Shown here one piece after another: positions 40,970 to 55,207 of a stretch of DNA of 64,000 nt. Position 1 is the first letter of the stretch, and every line of letters begins with the position of its first letter. Position numbers and translations under genes: made by a program. The stretch comes from Octopus sinensis (Eukaryota), in the NCBI RefSeq assembly GCF_006345805.1, contig NC_042999.1, positions 23,870,001-23,934,000 of the forward strand, written 5' to 3'. The notes below the pieces were generated by a model. It did not search any database. It saw only the letters and a program-made list of their open reading frames with translations, and was not told where the DNA came from.

Positions 40970-42950
40970 GCAACCATTGATCACTGGCAAAGGGACAGTG
41001 GCACTAATTTGAAAGTAAGTTCACAGAGAAAAAAATGGAAATGTCGAACTTGGCAACATGTAAATTGTACAGCATCGTATAAAACAGAATGGCATCAAGG
41101 AACTAAGACAATAATACCTGAATAGACAATACTGATTAGAGAGAAGGTGTAATAACCAAAAAGGAGATATCGGCAGATGGCATCTATCATCTCGGACTTG
41201 AACGAAGATTATTCTAACTCCAATTAATCGTTAAGATTATCGGTATTTGTATTGACATATAAACAGAAAACATAGATAAGCTACTCCTGCAAATTGTAAA
41301 CCTCAAATTCTATTCCATCAAAAAAGAAGTTACTCATTTCTGGGAAAAGCTTGGAGTGCCTACATGAAAGCAATGACAACATTCCAAGCTCCTGTATGAA
41401 GAAAGTCTTCAAGACCTTCAAAATCTACACAACGATAATTTAACTCAACGGGGCCTATCCGTACAGAGTGCATCAAAAGAGCGCATATGGTATTAAAGAA
41501 CGAAATCAAGTTCGATAACTGGTTTAAAGCTATTAACATCAGAGTAGTACATGTTAGTGACGTACACTTTCAGCATCATCAACTGAAAATAAAATAAAAC
41601 AGCGTGGGACTGGAAAATAGAACACCGAGAGATTAGTCAATGCACGATCCGAAAGTATGCCAACAGACTGCGCCTACCAAAGGCTTCAGGTGTACGAAGT
41701 TCATTCTAACTTGAACCGTATTTCAAGACTATTACTATTAGAAAATGCATATACTTAGAAAATGCAGATGACCCTCTCCTCCATGTTATAAAACGACAAA
41801 TCTATACCATAAAAAAAGAACTCAACATAATTGAAGAAAAAGATTTTTCGGTCAAGTACCCCAATAACAAAAGTCACCAATTGAGGGAAGCTACCTGCTT
41901 CACTCAATTGCTGATTTTTGCTAAAGGCTGAGGTTAGCGTTAAATTTTGAAATTCTAAAATACGCTAAAAAAAGTCGGTAATTACATGAAAAGGATACAA
42001 GAGGAGAACTAACTGAAGTGACACTAGTTGCTAAGGAGATTAAAAGCAGAGGCTGAAAGGCAACGAGTCACTATACAAAACGAATCTAGAGTCTAGCGAA
42101 TAGACTGTAATTATTGCTTCTTTAAGGACGGAACATGCCAACAATGTAATATATTCAAAAAGTATGTAGAAACTATTAACATTGCCCCTGAATCCCTGGA
42201 ATTAGCAACTGTTGAATACATTCCTGCAGCGGTATACAGGAAAATATGCAGGAGTTTACAAGATCGAGACAACTTAGAAATAATTCACTCATCAGTCAAA
42301 AAGTCACTGATAAGAACGATATCACCATTCTCTAGGACTTGCTCATCCACATCTCTATATCTATAAACAGCAAAATGTCTGTGTATCTGTGTGTCCTTTA
42401 TACAAATCCACAGTTTTTTACGTAAAAAGCTCGCATTTTGTATGGTCTTTCAAAATAGTCCGAGGGTGGTCGTGAAGATGTTTTCATTTTCCCAGTCACC
42501 CCAGAAAGCCATTAAAAAATCGATAAACCAACCCCCTATTCCCATAAGTTATGGGCATATGGGCATTGCCGAAGCCCAATGAATATTAATTACTTTCATA
42601 AAAAGCTCCAGCTAGCTCATAAACAACAAAACTGGCCCGGGTTGAAATGTGATAAGAAACTTAGCTCTTGATTTAGTGAGAATTATTTTACTGCGATCCG
42701 GCAACGAACAACAAGCACTAGTACTAGACCCGGTCATAGTGCTAGTAGAAATATAAAAACCAAGAAACTAGACATCGCTGTTAAGAACAGACAGATAACA
42801 GGTCCTTGTTTATTGACATATAATCGGAAATGTATCAACTTTGTGAAAGTCTTAGAGAATCTAATCACGCTAAAAGACCATGAGATTGAAATTAGTAAGG
42901 TATATATTATAGAAACTGAAATAATACGAATGTTAATTAGATTTTTAGAA
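40970..42950 (+). mobile_element. Highly decayed R4/Dong-like LINE relic interrupted by a Helitron-like element
   Basis: Scattered peptide remnants only (C..ETIN.A..LA..EY..VYRKIC; KLDIAV...LFIDI; EIEISK); many stops. Confidence 0.4.
42352..42721 (+). mobile_element. Non-autonomous Helitron-like element
   Basis: A|TCTCTATATCTATAAA...CTAG|T termini; subterminal hairpin degenerate. Confidence 0.5.
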
Positions 42951-43009
42951 TATATGAAAGAGAAGAAAGCAAAAGTTTATCAGTAGTATGTCAGCCAAGA
43001 TTAATATGT

Positions 43010-43600
43010 TTCTTTATTAGCCACACAGGGCTGCACACAAACGGGACAGATTACAAAGTAGAGGTTTTCTTTTTGGGGGAAAGAAAAAAAAAGATGGGGT
43101 AGGTTTTCGATCAAAAGGGATCGTAAAAGGGAAAGAAGAAGAAGAAAAGGAAAAGAAACAAAAGTAAAGAAAACGATCAATAGGGATCGTGTATCCCAGT
43201 GTCATGATGTAAGGTGTAAAGGGGGAAGCAGATAAGGTTTATCCATGGAAAGAAAAGCCTACGGAAAAGACCACGGTAACCTCGGTCAATATTGTTACAT
43301 GTTACCACATTTGTTTGCAAGCAGGTAACCCTCTGTTTTAAATTTCCGGGTTCATAGGATTATGCTCAAGGTGGATTCGTCATTCATACGTACCATCCTT
43401 GCTACATTCACCTATCTTTTTTTAAAACATTCGCTAGACAAAACTGGCCCCTCTACTCTCACTTTCCTTTTCAAGTGATACTTGAAGAGATTGACCAGAG
43501 AGGAAAGTGTTTGTCTCCAATCCTTTCCGGCCAAGATTGATATTTAGGTAATCCAGAAGATCACGCTACTGAGAGCAGTTCACATATTATACGTCACCCA
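43010..43600 (-). mobile_element. 3' fragment of an L1/Tx1-like LINE
   Basis: FKYHLKRKVRVER...F.KR(W)VNVARMV end-of-ORF2 pattern followed by a 3' UTR. Confidence 0.45.
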
Positions 43601-44533
43601 AGTGACATCATCTCCGAAGTGCTACAGGCTTATGGCTTGGACCCGGATCTACACAAAATCAATTACGAAGCATAAAGGAAACTGCAGCAGCAAAAACATC
43701 AACAGCAGCGGTGGAAACGCAATGGCCCAGTGGTTAGGGCAACGGACTTGCGGTCGTAAGAGCGTGGTTTCGATTCCCAGACCGGGCATTGTGAGTGTTT
43801 ATTGAGCAAAAACACCTAAGCACCACGAGGCTCCGGCAGGGGGTAGTGGTGAACCCCGCTGTACTCTTTCACCAAAACTTTTTCTCACTCTTTCTTCCTA
43901 CTTCTGCCACAAAGCAGGGGAACCATGGTGTAACCCACTATGGTGTGGTAAACTTTCAGACCGTAGTCTAGATTGCGAATCCTCTGTACCCTAGGATGGT
44001 TCAGATCTCCACCCGTTAAAAGCCAGCGTTTACGGAATGAGGATAACAACATAGCTTTCGCGCCCGTGCAACTGCCAGTCTATCGCGTGTGGTGGTTGGA
44101 TCTTCAAGAATGCCACACGCATTCTTAGTAGCTTAGAGTAGGCTCGAATTAGAGATTATTCTTTGTGGCTAATGGCGTGAGTCGTGATTGGAAGAAGAAG
44201 AAGAAGAAGAAGCGAAGAAGAAGAAGAAGAAGAAGAAGAAGAAGAAGAAGAAGAAGAAGAAGAAGAAGAAGAAGAAGAAGAAGAAGAAGAAGAAGACAAC
44301 AGCAGCAACAATTACAGCAATAACAACAATGGCTTCACATTTAGGCGAATGCTAGCAGTTTGAAAGGGAAGCGGTTGGTCGATACCACAGATCCCAGTAT
44401 TTGACAGGTACTTTATTTTATCGAACCTGAAATGGCAAAAGTTGATCTCGAGAGGATTTAATCTTAAAACGTAAAGACGACACAAAGCATTTATTCCGAC
44501 GCCCAAGTGGTTCTGACAACTAATCGTCATCAA

Positions 44534-44595
<62 letters not shown>

Positions 44596-44667
44596 TTGAT
44601 GATGATGATGATGATGATGATAATAATAATGATGATGATGATGATGATGATAATAACAATAATAATA

Positions 44668-44766
<99 letters not shown>

Positions 44767-45497
44767 GATGATAAGTGCATCTCTGAGTGGCTGATGATAA
44801 GTGCATATCTGATGTCTTGGTATAAAAGATGGGTTACAGCAAATACTCTGCTCGATACCACAGATTTGCTTGTCAGTTGTTTGACCTTAACCAGTTGACC
44901 ATGTCCCTTAGTGGCTGACAATATGTGCATCTCTGATCACGAGCAGAAGTAGTGGGGGTGGATCATAGCCATGTGTTGAGAGGGATTCTTTGGGGTTTGA
45001 ATAATTCACCTCTTGAAACATGGGTGTTTCGTTCAACGTCCTTAAACAACCCTTATTCAGGGACCTTTTGAGCGTGATGGGTTACTCGACCTGAAGAAAA
45101 TTCTAACTGGGCCCCAGCTGCAAGGTCATGTGTTGTTTTTCTTGATATGAGATCACCATGTCGTGCACATATGATTGTTATGCATGTGCCTAGTGTACCC
45201 TTATCAGACGGGTAGTCAAGATGGGTATACTGGGCTTCGTATATTTTACCCCAGTGTCACTTTGATGGCATGCACAGCGCTCTCACTCAATAATAATAAT
45301 AATAATTTTCCTTTTTCTTTTTTTTCTGTCTCTTTTCTCCTTTTTGTCTATCACATGGCTTTGTAATTGAACATTGGCCAACGAATGTATTCAATGAGTT
45401 ACTTTGCCCAAGGTGTTGGGAAGACACTCGACAAGAAATGGAAATAAAATTGAAAGAAGCTAATGTTACTGATAACAACAACAATAACAGCAACCAA

Positions 45498-45543
<46 letters not shown>

Positions 45544-46052
45544 CTACTACTATTATTATAGAAACAATTCCTATTGTAGTAGTTGCATTATGTATCATAA
45601 AAAACATTCAAACAGATACATAACAAAACCTCCAGTACTTAAAAGTGTATATTACATGGAAAAATGCGAGCATGAACTGTAATATTCTTAAGATTATAAA
45701 CCTGGAAAAATACATGACAAGTTATTACACCTGTACAAGTATAGGACTTGAAGTAAAGTAAAGCATAAGAAACTTTTTACTTAAAACATTGTAGCAAATA
45801 ATGTTAGTTCTAATTTATCACACTTTACAGTTCTCATCTTTTAAATTTATTGCACAAAACTGTTCAGGTAATTTGTAAGTTTGTCTAATTAACCACTTTT
45901 TTTTCTGTATTTAAGGTAGTAAATTAGCCAAATTCTACTTAAATAAGTATAGTGTTATTTGTAAACTATAATAAAATATTAGCAGGTGATGCTGTAGATA
46001 TTTCCTCAAACTATCAACTGTTGAACAATTACATTATGATAATGATAATAAT

Positions 46053-46290
46053 AAGCCAATTATTGTTTGTGCGTTGGGAACAGTATCAGAAGGCATCAAA
46101 GGAAATATAAAAGAAATTGGAATAAACTGCCCAGTAAAAATGTCACAAATGTTTTGTCTCCTTGGCACGGCCAGAATAATCAGTAAAGTATTAGCTGAAA
46201 AGAACGGATAGTAGTAGGCCGCAGGTAGCCAGCCCGCTACGTATGCAGGACTCGAGGAGCTCCAACAAAACCTGTGATAAAGAGAAATAA
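46053..46290 (+). mobile_element. 3' end of an R4/Dong-like LINE, flanked by AAT-type repeats
   Basis: PIIVCALGTV...CLLGTARIISKVL matches R4/Dong C-termini; (AAT)n tail follows at about 46288-46306. Confidence 0.6.
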
Positions 46291-46312
46291 TAATAATAAT
46301 AATAATCATTAC

Positions 46313-46496
46313 CGAATTTCTCGCATTTGCCATTTTGCAGTATATAGCCTGGATTGCAGTAACACGCTTGCTTGTTTTGGGATATCGTACACTGGCTGTT
46401 ATCTGGACAACCATTTATTTCCTTATGTGTTAGATGTCCTGTACCATTACATGTTGATATACTGTTACAGTTTGGTCCATACCTTTCTTCATTAAT
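46313..46496 (-). CDS. VWD/PAN gene exon: Cys-rich (TILa-like) plus EGF-like segment (INEERYGPNCNSISTC...CPDNSQC...QACYCNPGYILQNGKCEKF)
   Basis: Hand-translated. Acceptor aatttccag|, donor |gtaat; 184 bp, phase 0 to 1; CxCxxGY...C EGF-type end. Confidence 0.85.
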
Positions 46497-46728
46497 CTGG
46501 AAATTTTCAAAAGCATAACATCAAAACAATTAATTGGCAGGAGATTTGATGTATACATTTACGTACCCGGTCTGATGATCGGGAACGTGAAAATTGAATG
46601 ACTGGATGTGAAAGGGCCAACTTTTATAACCATAAACAACACTCGCCCTTCGGCATTGAGTTCAGTATAAATCTATGATTAAAAGTAAATAGAGGAAGAG
46701 AGGAGCGCTGGTAATCGCGAAAGAGAGC

Positions 46729-46784
<56 letters not shown>

Positions 46785-46856
46785 TGTATGTGTGTGTGTG
46801 TATGTGTGTGTGTATGTTGTGTGTGTATGTGTGTGTGTGTGTTGAGTGTGTGTGTG

Positions 46857-46910
<54 letters not shown>

Positions 46911-48262
46911 GAGAGAGAGAGATAGTGAGAGTAAGTGAGATATATATAGAGGGCGGGAGTAAGAGAAGGATGCATGGGTTTAGACTAAAGATGCTTTTTA
47001 AATGACTAATCCTTTCTAATGTAGGCACAAGGCCTGAAATTTGGGAACTGGTACTTATTTCATCAATCCCGAAAGGATGAAAGGCGAAGTCGACTTCGGC
47101 AGAATTTGAACTCAGAAAGTAAAGACGGACGAAGTTCCGCTAAGTATTTCGCTCGGCGTGCTAACGATTCTAATTTATTTATTGCCCTCAACGGGCTAAA
47201 CATAGAGAGGACAAACAAGTACAACAAACGGATTAAGTCGATTACATCTACCCCAGTGCGTAACTGGTACTTATTTAATCGACCCCGAAAGGATGAAAGG
47301 CAAAGTCGACCTCGGCGGAATTTGAACTCAGAACGTAGCGGCAGACGAAATACCTATTTCTTTACTAACCACAAGGGGCTAAACACAGAGAGGACAAACA
47401 AGGACAGACAAATGGATTAAGTCGATTACATCGACCCCAGTGCGTAACTGGTACTTATTTAATCGACCAAGGAAGGATGAAAGGCAAAGTCAACCTCGGC
47501 AGAATTTGAACTCAGAACGTAACGGCAGACAAAATACGACCACGCATTTCGCCCGGCGTGCTAACGATTCTGCCAGCTCGCCGCCTTACCAGATATGTAC
47601 CAGTTCAGTCATAACCCAATATTCACGACCATGGTTGAGGATAAGCACCTACGATTGTATAATGATATTTCTGTTTGGATTGACGACTGATATAATCCTA
47701 TACATATAAAATAGATTTTGTTAAAATATCCATCTTTTGTTACCAAATATCAAGCGTAATCGCAATCTAATGAATAAAGCAACATAAAGTATCTTGCAGG
47801 ATTTAGGGAAATTTCATATAATTTTCTTCGAACCAATCTCTTCTATTTCTTTTACTAGTTCCTGTCATTTGACTGCGGCCATGCTGTTGCACTGTCTTGA
47901 AGTGTTTTAGTCATACAAATCGATCGCAGTACCTATTTTTTAAGTCCTTGTTCTATCATACTCTTTTGCTGAATCGATGATGTACGGCGACTTTAACAAA
48001 CCAACACACTAGACAAATGATGGGGAAAGACATTAACTCAAGCTCAAAGACAACCAGACAGACAGACAGACACAGAGACATACACACACAGAAGACCGCC
48101 ACATATATATATAGAGAGAGATAGATAGATAGATAGATAGATAGATACATGTGTATATTTAAAGGGAAAAAACTACTAGGTGGTCAGCCATATGCTAGAA
48201 GTAGAAGTAGATCACCTACGATCAAACTACAAAGAAAAGAATGTTCTCTAGAGGAAAATTTT

Positions 48263-48338
<76 letters not shown>

Positions 48339-48550
48339 GTATCACACAGTGGGACAGAGCCCAAAGCCATGTGTTGCGAAGCAAATTTCCAACCACACAG
48401 TCATGTCAGTATGCTTGCATTCATCAAAAGTTTTTCTCATTTAGCTTAGCCATTTCTGTCAAACTACAATTTGAAGGTGTATTATCAAGCAATATCTACA
48501 AAAAACTGATTAACATAGTATATTATAAATTTCAACAATATTAAACGTAC

Positions 48551-48741
48551 CGTCATATATATTTTATCGTTCATGCAACCGCATTCTGATTTGGGAACAC
48601 ACTTATCTCCACTGAGAATAAAACCAGATTTACAAATACAGCCTTCCGTGTATTTTGTGCACTTTGGATCTTGATTTACACATGTTGGTTGACAAACAGG
48701 CGTTTTGTGGCTATATTCTTCATTTAATGGACATTCCTTCT
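48551..48741 (-). CDS. VWD/PAN gene exon: TIL domain (EKECPLNEEYSHKTPVCQPTCVNQDPKCTKYTEGCICKSGFILSGDKCVPKSECGCMNDKIYMT)
   Basis: Hand-translated (this frame is not in the ORF track). Acceptor ttttatttttag|, donor |gtacgt; 191 bp, phase 1 to 0; TIL pattern with CQPTC, EGCxC and CVPxxECGC. Confidence 0.9.
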
Positions 48742-49648
48742 CTAAAAATAAAACATAAAAGACAAGCTGTTATAATATAATAAAAAGTGACAAAAAAGCA
48801 TAGCATACGGAACCATGCAAGAATAACACATACAATAGACACTGATATACTGAATCTATAATCTGTTATCGACCAAACATCATTACAATTTCGACACCTT
48901 CCAATAATATTGTTCAGATTGGCAGTGTCAGCAAACATAAGATGCAGGAGTATAAATGAGGGGATATGATAGGCGAACACGAACAGAATATATATGTATA
49001 TATATATATTTATATGTATGTGTGTGTGTGTGTTTGTGTGTCTGTCTTTGTCCCCCTAGCATTGCTTGACAACCGATGCTGGTGTGTTTACGTCCCCGTC
49101 ACTTAGCGGTTCGGCAAAAGAGACGGATAGAATAAGTACTGGGCTTACAAAGAATAAGTCCCGGGGTCGATTTGCTCGACTAAAAAAAAGGCGGTGTTCC
49201 AGCATGGCCGCAGTCAAATGACTGAAACAAGTAAAAGAGTAAAAGCGTAAAAGAGAAGAAATAAGGCAGTAGCAACCACAGGAAAAGACGTGGTTTCTAG
49301 GCAGAGCATTAAAAACGCACGTGCTATGGGAATAGGGTGAAATATATAAAACGAAAGAAACAAATAAAGAAGGGTAGTAAAAAAAAAATAATAAACGATT
49401 TGGAGAGATGTACACATACATCAAATGTCTTTCGACTATGCAGTGGCATTGCCGAAATATATGCAAAAAAATGTCTTAATTCCAAAATGTGACGTTGCTT
49501 TTGTCTTGTACTACATTCCTACGATGGAGCTTTGTATTAATATTATTAGAAACCAGCTCCTTCCTCAGAGGAAGAGTCTAAATTATTAAAAACAGAAAGG
49601 AACATACATACATACATACATACATACATACATACATACATACATACA

Positions 49649-49682
<34 letters not shown>

Positions 49683-49732
49683 CATACCATACATACAATG
49701 CATATATATACATACATACATACATACATACA

Positions 49733-49766
<34 letters not shown>

Positions 49767-50030
49767 CATACATATATACATACCATACATACAATGCATA
49801 TATATACATACATACATACATACATACATACATACATACATACATGCATATATATACATACATAATACATACATACATATACATACATACATACATACAT
49901 ACATACCTACATACATACATACATACATGCATATATATACATAAATACATACATACTACATACATACATACATACATACAATATACATACCATACATACA
50001 ATGCATATATATACATAATACATACATACA

Positions 50031-50103
<73 letters not shown>

Positions 50104-50807
50104 TATATATAGATATATATATATATATATACACATACATACATGCGTAACAAACTGCCGAAACACCAATCTGGAGAAATTAGTCTTCTCACAACCAGAA
50201 TGGATATAGCTAATGCGAAGACTACAAATTCAAGCCATCAATGGAACTGTAAAAATTTGTAAAACTTTCCAGAAGCTCAGAATTTAGGTAGATATGCGCA
50301 TGCTTAGGCATGCAATTATATGCATGAGATTACATACGTAAAGTAAAACATACACATCTGCACATACACAGATTCCAAATACCTATTTCTTTACTACCCA
50401 CAAGGGGCTTAACACAGAGAGGACAAACAAGGACAGACAAACGGATTAAGTCGATTATACCGACCCCAGTGCGTAACTGGTACTTAATTTATCGACCCCG
50501 AAAGGATGAAAGGCAAAGTCGACCTCGGCGGAATTTGAACTTAGAACGTAACGGCAGGCGAAATACAGCTACGCATTTCGCCCGGCGTGCTAACGTTTCT
50601 GCCAGCTCACCGCCTATTCCAAATATCTTTCACATACACAGACACATGAAAAAATACGATCAGCTTTGGGAGATTACTCGGACGTAAACCAATCGACACT
50701 TGTTGCCAAGCGGTTGTAGGGATAGAAGCGAAAATACAATGACACATACATGTGGCAAAGAAGCTAATTTCTTACCAGACAGCCACAACTGCGCCCTGAA
50801 CATAATA

Positions 50808-51269
50808 GGATCTTTTCGGTTTGAACGGCAGTTTTTAACATAATTTCTAGGTAAGTAAAAAATTTTGATCTTCGTATACTGGTAGAATGTGTTTATAAAA
50901 CATCATTTTCTCTTGGCTTTCTTGAGAAAATTCTGTAGTTTGTAACATATTTCGTCTTTAATTTCTTGCATTTCGGCAATTTTATCCAATCACTGTCGTC
51001 TATTGAGTTAAAAAGCATTCTGTGCCGCATGAATATGTCCCTCGGTAAGAAACACATTGGGTTTATTTACATTTGTGAAGAAAAAAGATACCCTTCCCCC
51101 ACCCCTAACCCTAACCCTAACCCTAACCCTAACAAACTATAACTAACCCTAACTAACCCTAAATCTAAAACAAATTGAAATGCAATAGATCAATACTAGG
51201 GTCATAATTATGGGTGACAATTTCATATGACTCCGCTAGAAAAAACTGCCGTTGAAACCGAAAAGATCC
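50808..51269. mobile_element. TIR MITE with internal telomeric (CCCTAA)n array, copy 1
   Basis: TIRs GGATCTTTTCGGTTTGAACGGCAGTTTT / AAAACTGCCGTTGAAACCGAAAAGATCC; flanks acataata/atataata (7 of 8 match). Confidence 0.85.
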
Positions 51270-51321
51270 ATATAATATATGTAAATAATCAGAATCGATG
51301 AGAAGTATATAAAAATCTTAC

Positions 51322-51587
51322 CACATTTTGCTGTTTTTCTCCAATCGATAAATATGCCTGCATCTTCGCATTCGTCTGCCATTGACTCAAGTGTCTTGCA
51401 TAACACCGACTGAAGTTTAGGTTGCTTTAGATATGCGCAAACATCAAATTTACACGATTCCAAATGTCTATTGAGTTTCTCTTGTCCAATATTGTCTACG
51501 CAAGTTTTAAATAAGTTGCTACTTAGAATATTGCAACCCTTCACTTGTGTCGGGCTGCAATTATCTTCAGGTTGTTGACTCACGCAT
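51322..51587 (-). CDS. VWD/PAN gene, first visible exon: C8 domain (CVSQQPEDNC...CKFDVCAY...LCKTLESMADECEDAGIFIDWRKTAKC)
   Basis: Acceptor ctaattatcag| and donor |gtaag; 266 bp, phase 2 to 1; C8 cysteine pattern with W-R..C end; similar in size to the second C8 exon (269 bp). Confidence 0.85.
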
Positions 51588-52407
51588 CTGATAATTAGAG
51601 AAATGATTTACCCATTAATAACGTCATAGCGGAGGCGCAATGGCCCAGTGGTTAGGGCAGCGGACTCACGGTCGGAGGATCGCAGTTTCGATTCCCAGAC
51701 CGGGCGTTGTGTGTGTTTATTGAGCGAAAACACCTAAAAGCTCCACGAGGCCCCGGCAGGGGTTGGTGGCGACCCCTCTTGTACTCCTTCGCCCCAACTT
51801 TCTCTCACTCTTTCTTCCTGTTTCTTGAGTAAAGCTGTGATGGACTGGCGTCCCGTCCAGCTGGGGAGGGGGGGACATACGCCATAGAAACCGGGAAACT
51901 GGGCCCATGAGCCTGGCTAGGATTGAAAGGGGCGCATAAATAAAATAATAAAACGTTATAGTAGTCTATGACATGACTATATTTCGTGCATTAATACAAT
52001 GGACAAAAACGGTATATTATTTGCTGTCCTTACCAATGGTTTTTGTTCTTAAAATCGTTTGTCTCAGTCATTTGACTGCGATCAAGCTAGGGCACGACCT
52101 TGGAAGGCTTTACTCGGTCAAATTAACGTAAACAAACCAATACCGATTGTTTGTAAGCGTACGCAGACGCATATATATAGTCAGACGCCATGATAGATTG
52201 TTAGCCACTACACACATTTTTTTCTCTCCTTGTTTCTCTCCTTGTTTTTTCTGTGTCCCTTTCTGTAGAAGAGCGTAGGCTCGAAACGTAAAACACTCTT
52301 TCTATTCCTGAGCGCTATACTAATACATTTGTTTGTTTTGTACAGCAGCTGCCTTCGTTTTTTGTTTATTTTCGTAAACTTTCCCCTTTACCATAATATC
52401 TATATAT

Positions 52408-52444
<37 letters not shown>

Positions 52445-52451
52445 CTTACAA

Positions 52452-52482
<31 letters not shown>

Positions 52483-53020
52483 CACGCACAAATACAAACA
52501 CACACACGCATACACACATACACACACACACACATTGAAGACCAATGAGTGTGAGATGTTGGCGAATTTCATTCCAGGCCGTCTGCATATGCCTATACAA
52601 GTCATTAATCTGAAAGAAAGTCCTGTTTAATTTTTGATACGATGACTTTAAGTGTACTTTTGAAATACTTATGGTAGAATAGTCATTACTTTTTACATTG
52701 TATTTTCTTTTTTTGCTTTTTTTTAGCTTATACCATAATAGTTAAATTTGTATCGAGTTTGCCAGTTTAAAAAGAGTTTATATCAGGCTCATATGAAATA
52801 CTGCATACTGTAAAAATTCAAAAGGATCTTTTCACAAATAAAAGCAGCACGAAATATTCATTCTGTCTATGGAAATGAAGCTTTAAATGTTCGGACATGC
52901 CAACGATGGATTGGCTTTGGGAAATTTTCCTTTCACAGATTCACCTCGATCTTGCACAACTATAGTTTGTCAATACTGAGCTTCTGAAGATTATAGTGGC
53001 AGAAAATTCAAAGCAAACTG

Positions 53021-53478
53021 GGATCTTTTCGGTTTGACCGGCAGTTTTTTCTAGCGGTGTCATATGAAATTGTCACCCATAATTATGACCCTAGTATCGA
53101 TCTATTGCATTTCAATCTGTTTTAGGGTTAGGGTTAGAGTTAGGGTTAGTTAGGGTTAGTCAGGTTTAGTTAGGGTTAGGGATGGGGGGAAGGGTATCTT
53201 TTTTTCTTCAGAAATGTAAATAAACCCAATCTGTTTCTTAAACGAGGAACATATTCACACGGCACTGAATGTTTTCACCTCAATAGACATCATTGATTGG
53301 TTGAAATTACAGAAATTGAAGAAAAAAACAACAAATATCTTAGAAACTACAGAATTTTCTCAATAAAGCCAAGAGAAAAAGATATTTTATAAGCACATTC
53401 TACCAGTATACGAAGTTTAAAAGTGTTTAGTTACGTGGAAATTATTTTAAAAAACTGCCGTTCAAACCGAAAAGATCC
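53021..53478. mobile_element. Telomeric-repeat MITE, copy 2 (TTAGGG on plus strand)
   Basis: Same TIRs; perfect 8-bp TSD gcaaactg. Confidence 0.9.
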
Positions 53479-53803
53479 GCAAACTGCGCTAGAATTATGA
53501 AAAATAATTAAATTTAAGCCACACTTCGATCATAAAACCCCCTTTATAAACTAGGAAGAGAGTCTAAACTAGGTCAGCGAATCCCTCATAGTCTGACTGC
53601 TTCTCAGCTTTACGAAAGAGTTGCGATCTGTCTGTCCTTAAAGGGTAGACTTGCTGCCAAACGTTCCCTGTACAGGATCGTCACAATTGGTGAAAAGTAG
53701 GTTCTCCATAATCATCTCGTACAAAAAATGACAATTCTTAGCAGCCTACGAAAAAGGATAACCCTCCCGAAACCAAAACTACGCACGTAAAAGAAGATTA
53801 TTC

Positions 53804-54337
53804 GGACTTTTTCGGTTTGACCGGCAGGTTTTTAAAATAATTTCCACGTAACTAAAAAAATTTTAACTTCGTATACTGGTAGAATGTGTTTATAAAACAT
53901 CTTTATCTCTTGGCTTTATTGAGAAAATTCTATAGACGGGTAGTCATGATGGGTATACTGGGCTTCGTATATTTTACCCGAGTGTCACTTTGATGGCATG
54001 CACTGCTCTCTCACTCAATAATAATAATAATAATAATTTTCCTTTTGTAAGATATTTGTTGTTTTTTCTTCAATTTCTGCAATTTCAACCAATCAATGAC
54101 GTCTATTGAGGGGAAAACATTCTGTGCCGTATGAATATGTCCCTCGTTTAAGAAACAGAATGGGTTTATTTCCATTTGTGAAGAAAAAAAGATACCCTTC
54201 CCCCACCCCTAACCGTAACCCTAACCCTAACCCTAAAACAGATTGAAATGCAATAGATCGATACTAGTGTCATAATTATGGGTGACAATTTCATATGACA
54301 CTGCTAGAAAAAACTGCCGTTCAAAACGAAAAGATCC
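53804..54337. mobile_element. Telomeric-repeat MITE, copy 3, with an insert of about 110 bp
   Basis: Same TIRs; flanks gattattc/aattattc (7 of 8 match); inverted relative to copy 2. Confidence 0.85.
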
Positions 54338-54715
54338 AATTATTCTCTGTTTTTTGGTGGGTTATGAAGGGTGTCGTTAAATCAAAGCGAAACAGCTAAA
54401 GCGAAGTATTCGCCAATTAGAAGCCTGTATAAGAATTCGCTGAAGAGCGTACATCATTGATCAGCATGAAACAGATAAGGCAAGACAGCATATTGCTCAA
54501 GTCACTCGGGAAAAATTGTTACACTAAATTGAGAAGTTAACACTCCACCCTCTTTACTCTCTTAGCCTTGCACCATATGACTATCATCTTTTCCGATTAT
54601 TGCAGCATTTCTAAGAGGGGAAACAGTTTATTAATAGGGAAGGGCTCAAACATGTTAGTGTTTCTTTGAATTGAAGCATGAAGAATTTTACATTCGAAAG
54701 ATATACCATTTACCA

Positions 54716-55047
54716 AGTAGATCGGGACCCCCTTCGGTCACGACACTGACCATGAGATTGCACCTAGAAAGTTACCCTCCTAGTCACAAGTCTGGGCAAG
54801 ATTGTTTGTGGAAGACCAGCAGTCGCCCATGCATACCAGCCTCTCCTCTCCACGCCACCAGTGTTATCCAAGAGAAAGGCAAAGGTTGATACAGCTTGGC
54901 ACCAGTGACGTCGCAACTCATTTCTACAGCAGAGTGAACTGGAGCAACGTGAAATAAAGTGTCTTGCTCAAGAACACAACACGCAGCCCGGTCAGGGATT
55001 CGAACTCACAACCTCACGACGTAAGCTCGACGCCCTAACCACTGAGC
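54716..55047 (-). mobile_element. tRNA-derived SINE (family E, related copy at 12067-12385 +) inserted in the mariner relic
   Basis: Head gtggctcagtggttagggcg...gagttcgaatccc; flanking direct repeat agtagat. Confidence 0.75.
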
Positions 55048-55207
55048 CACGCGCCTTCACGAGTAGATAGGAGTAAATGTATCAATTAAGACTCACAAAG
55101 CATTTTCCTTCTCATTTTGAAATGTGAAGGACTTTCTTTCTAACCTTATAATGGTAATGAATATTTACTTCCTCCGTTGTATTATATAAATAATAAGTGA
55201 AACGCGT

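Larger units (their letters stand above)
52605..55148 (+). mobile_element. Old mariner relic carrying nested insertions (two MITEs, one SINE)
   Basis: Transposase remnants resume across each insertion (RIVT.GEK, FWWVMKGV, LAPYDYHLFRLLQHF); degenerate TIR core gaaagaaagtcc / ggactttctttc. Confidence 0.65.

Noticed and set aside
45780-45904. Candidate exon between TIL and VWA (tacag| acceptor)
   Set aside because: Stops occur in all frames; the exon at 46496-46313 already links the phases correctly.
51102-51161. (CCCTAA)n as a real telomere or chromosome fusion scar
   Set aside because: The arrays are short and sit at the same position inside a TIR element in four copies.
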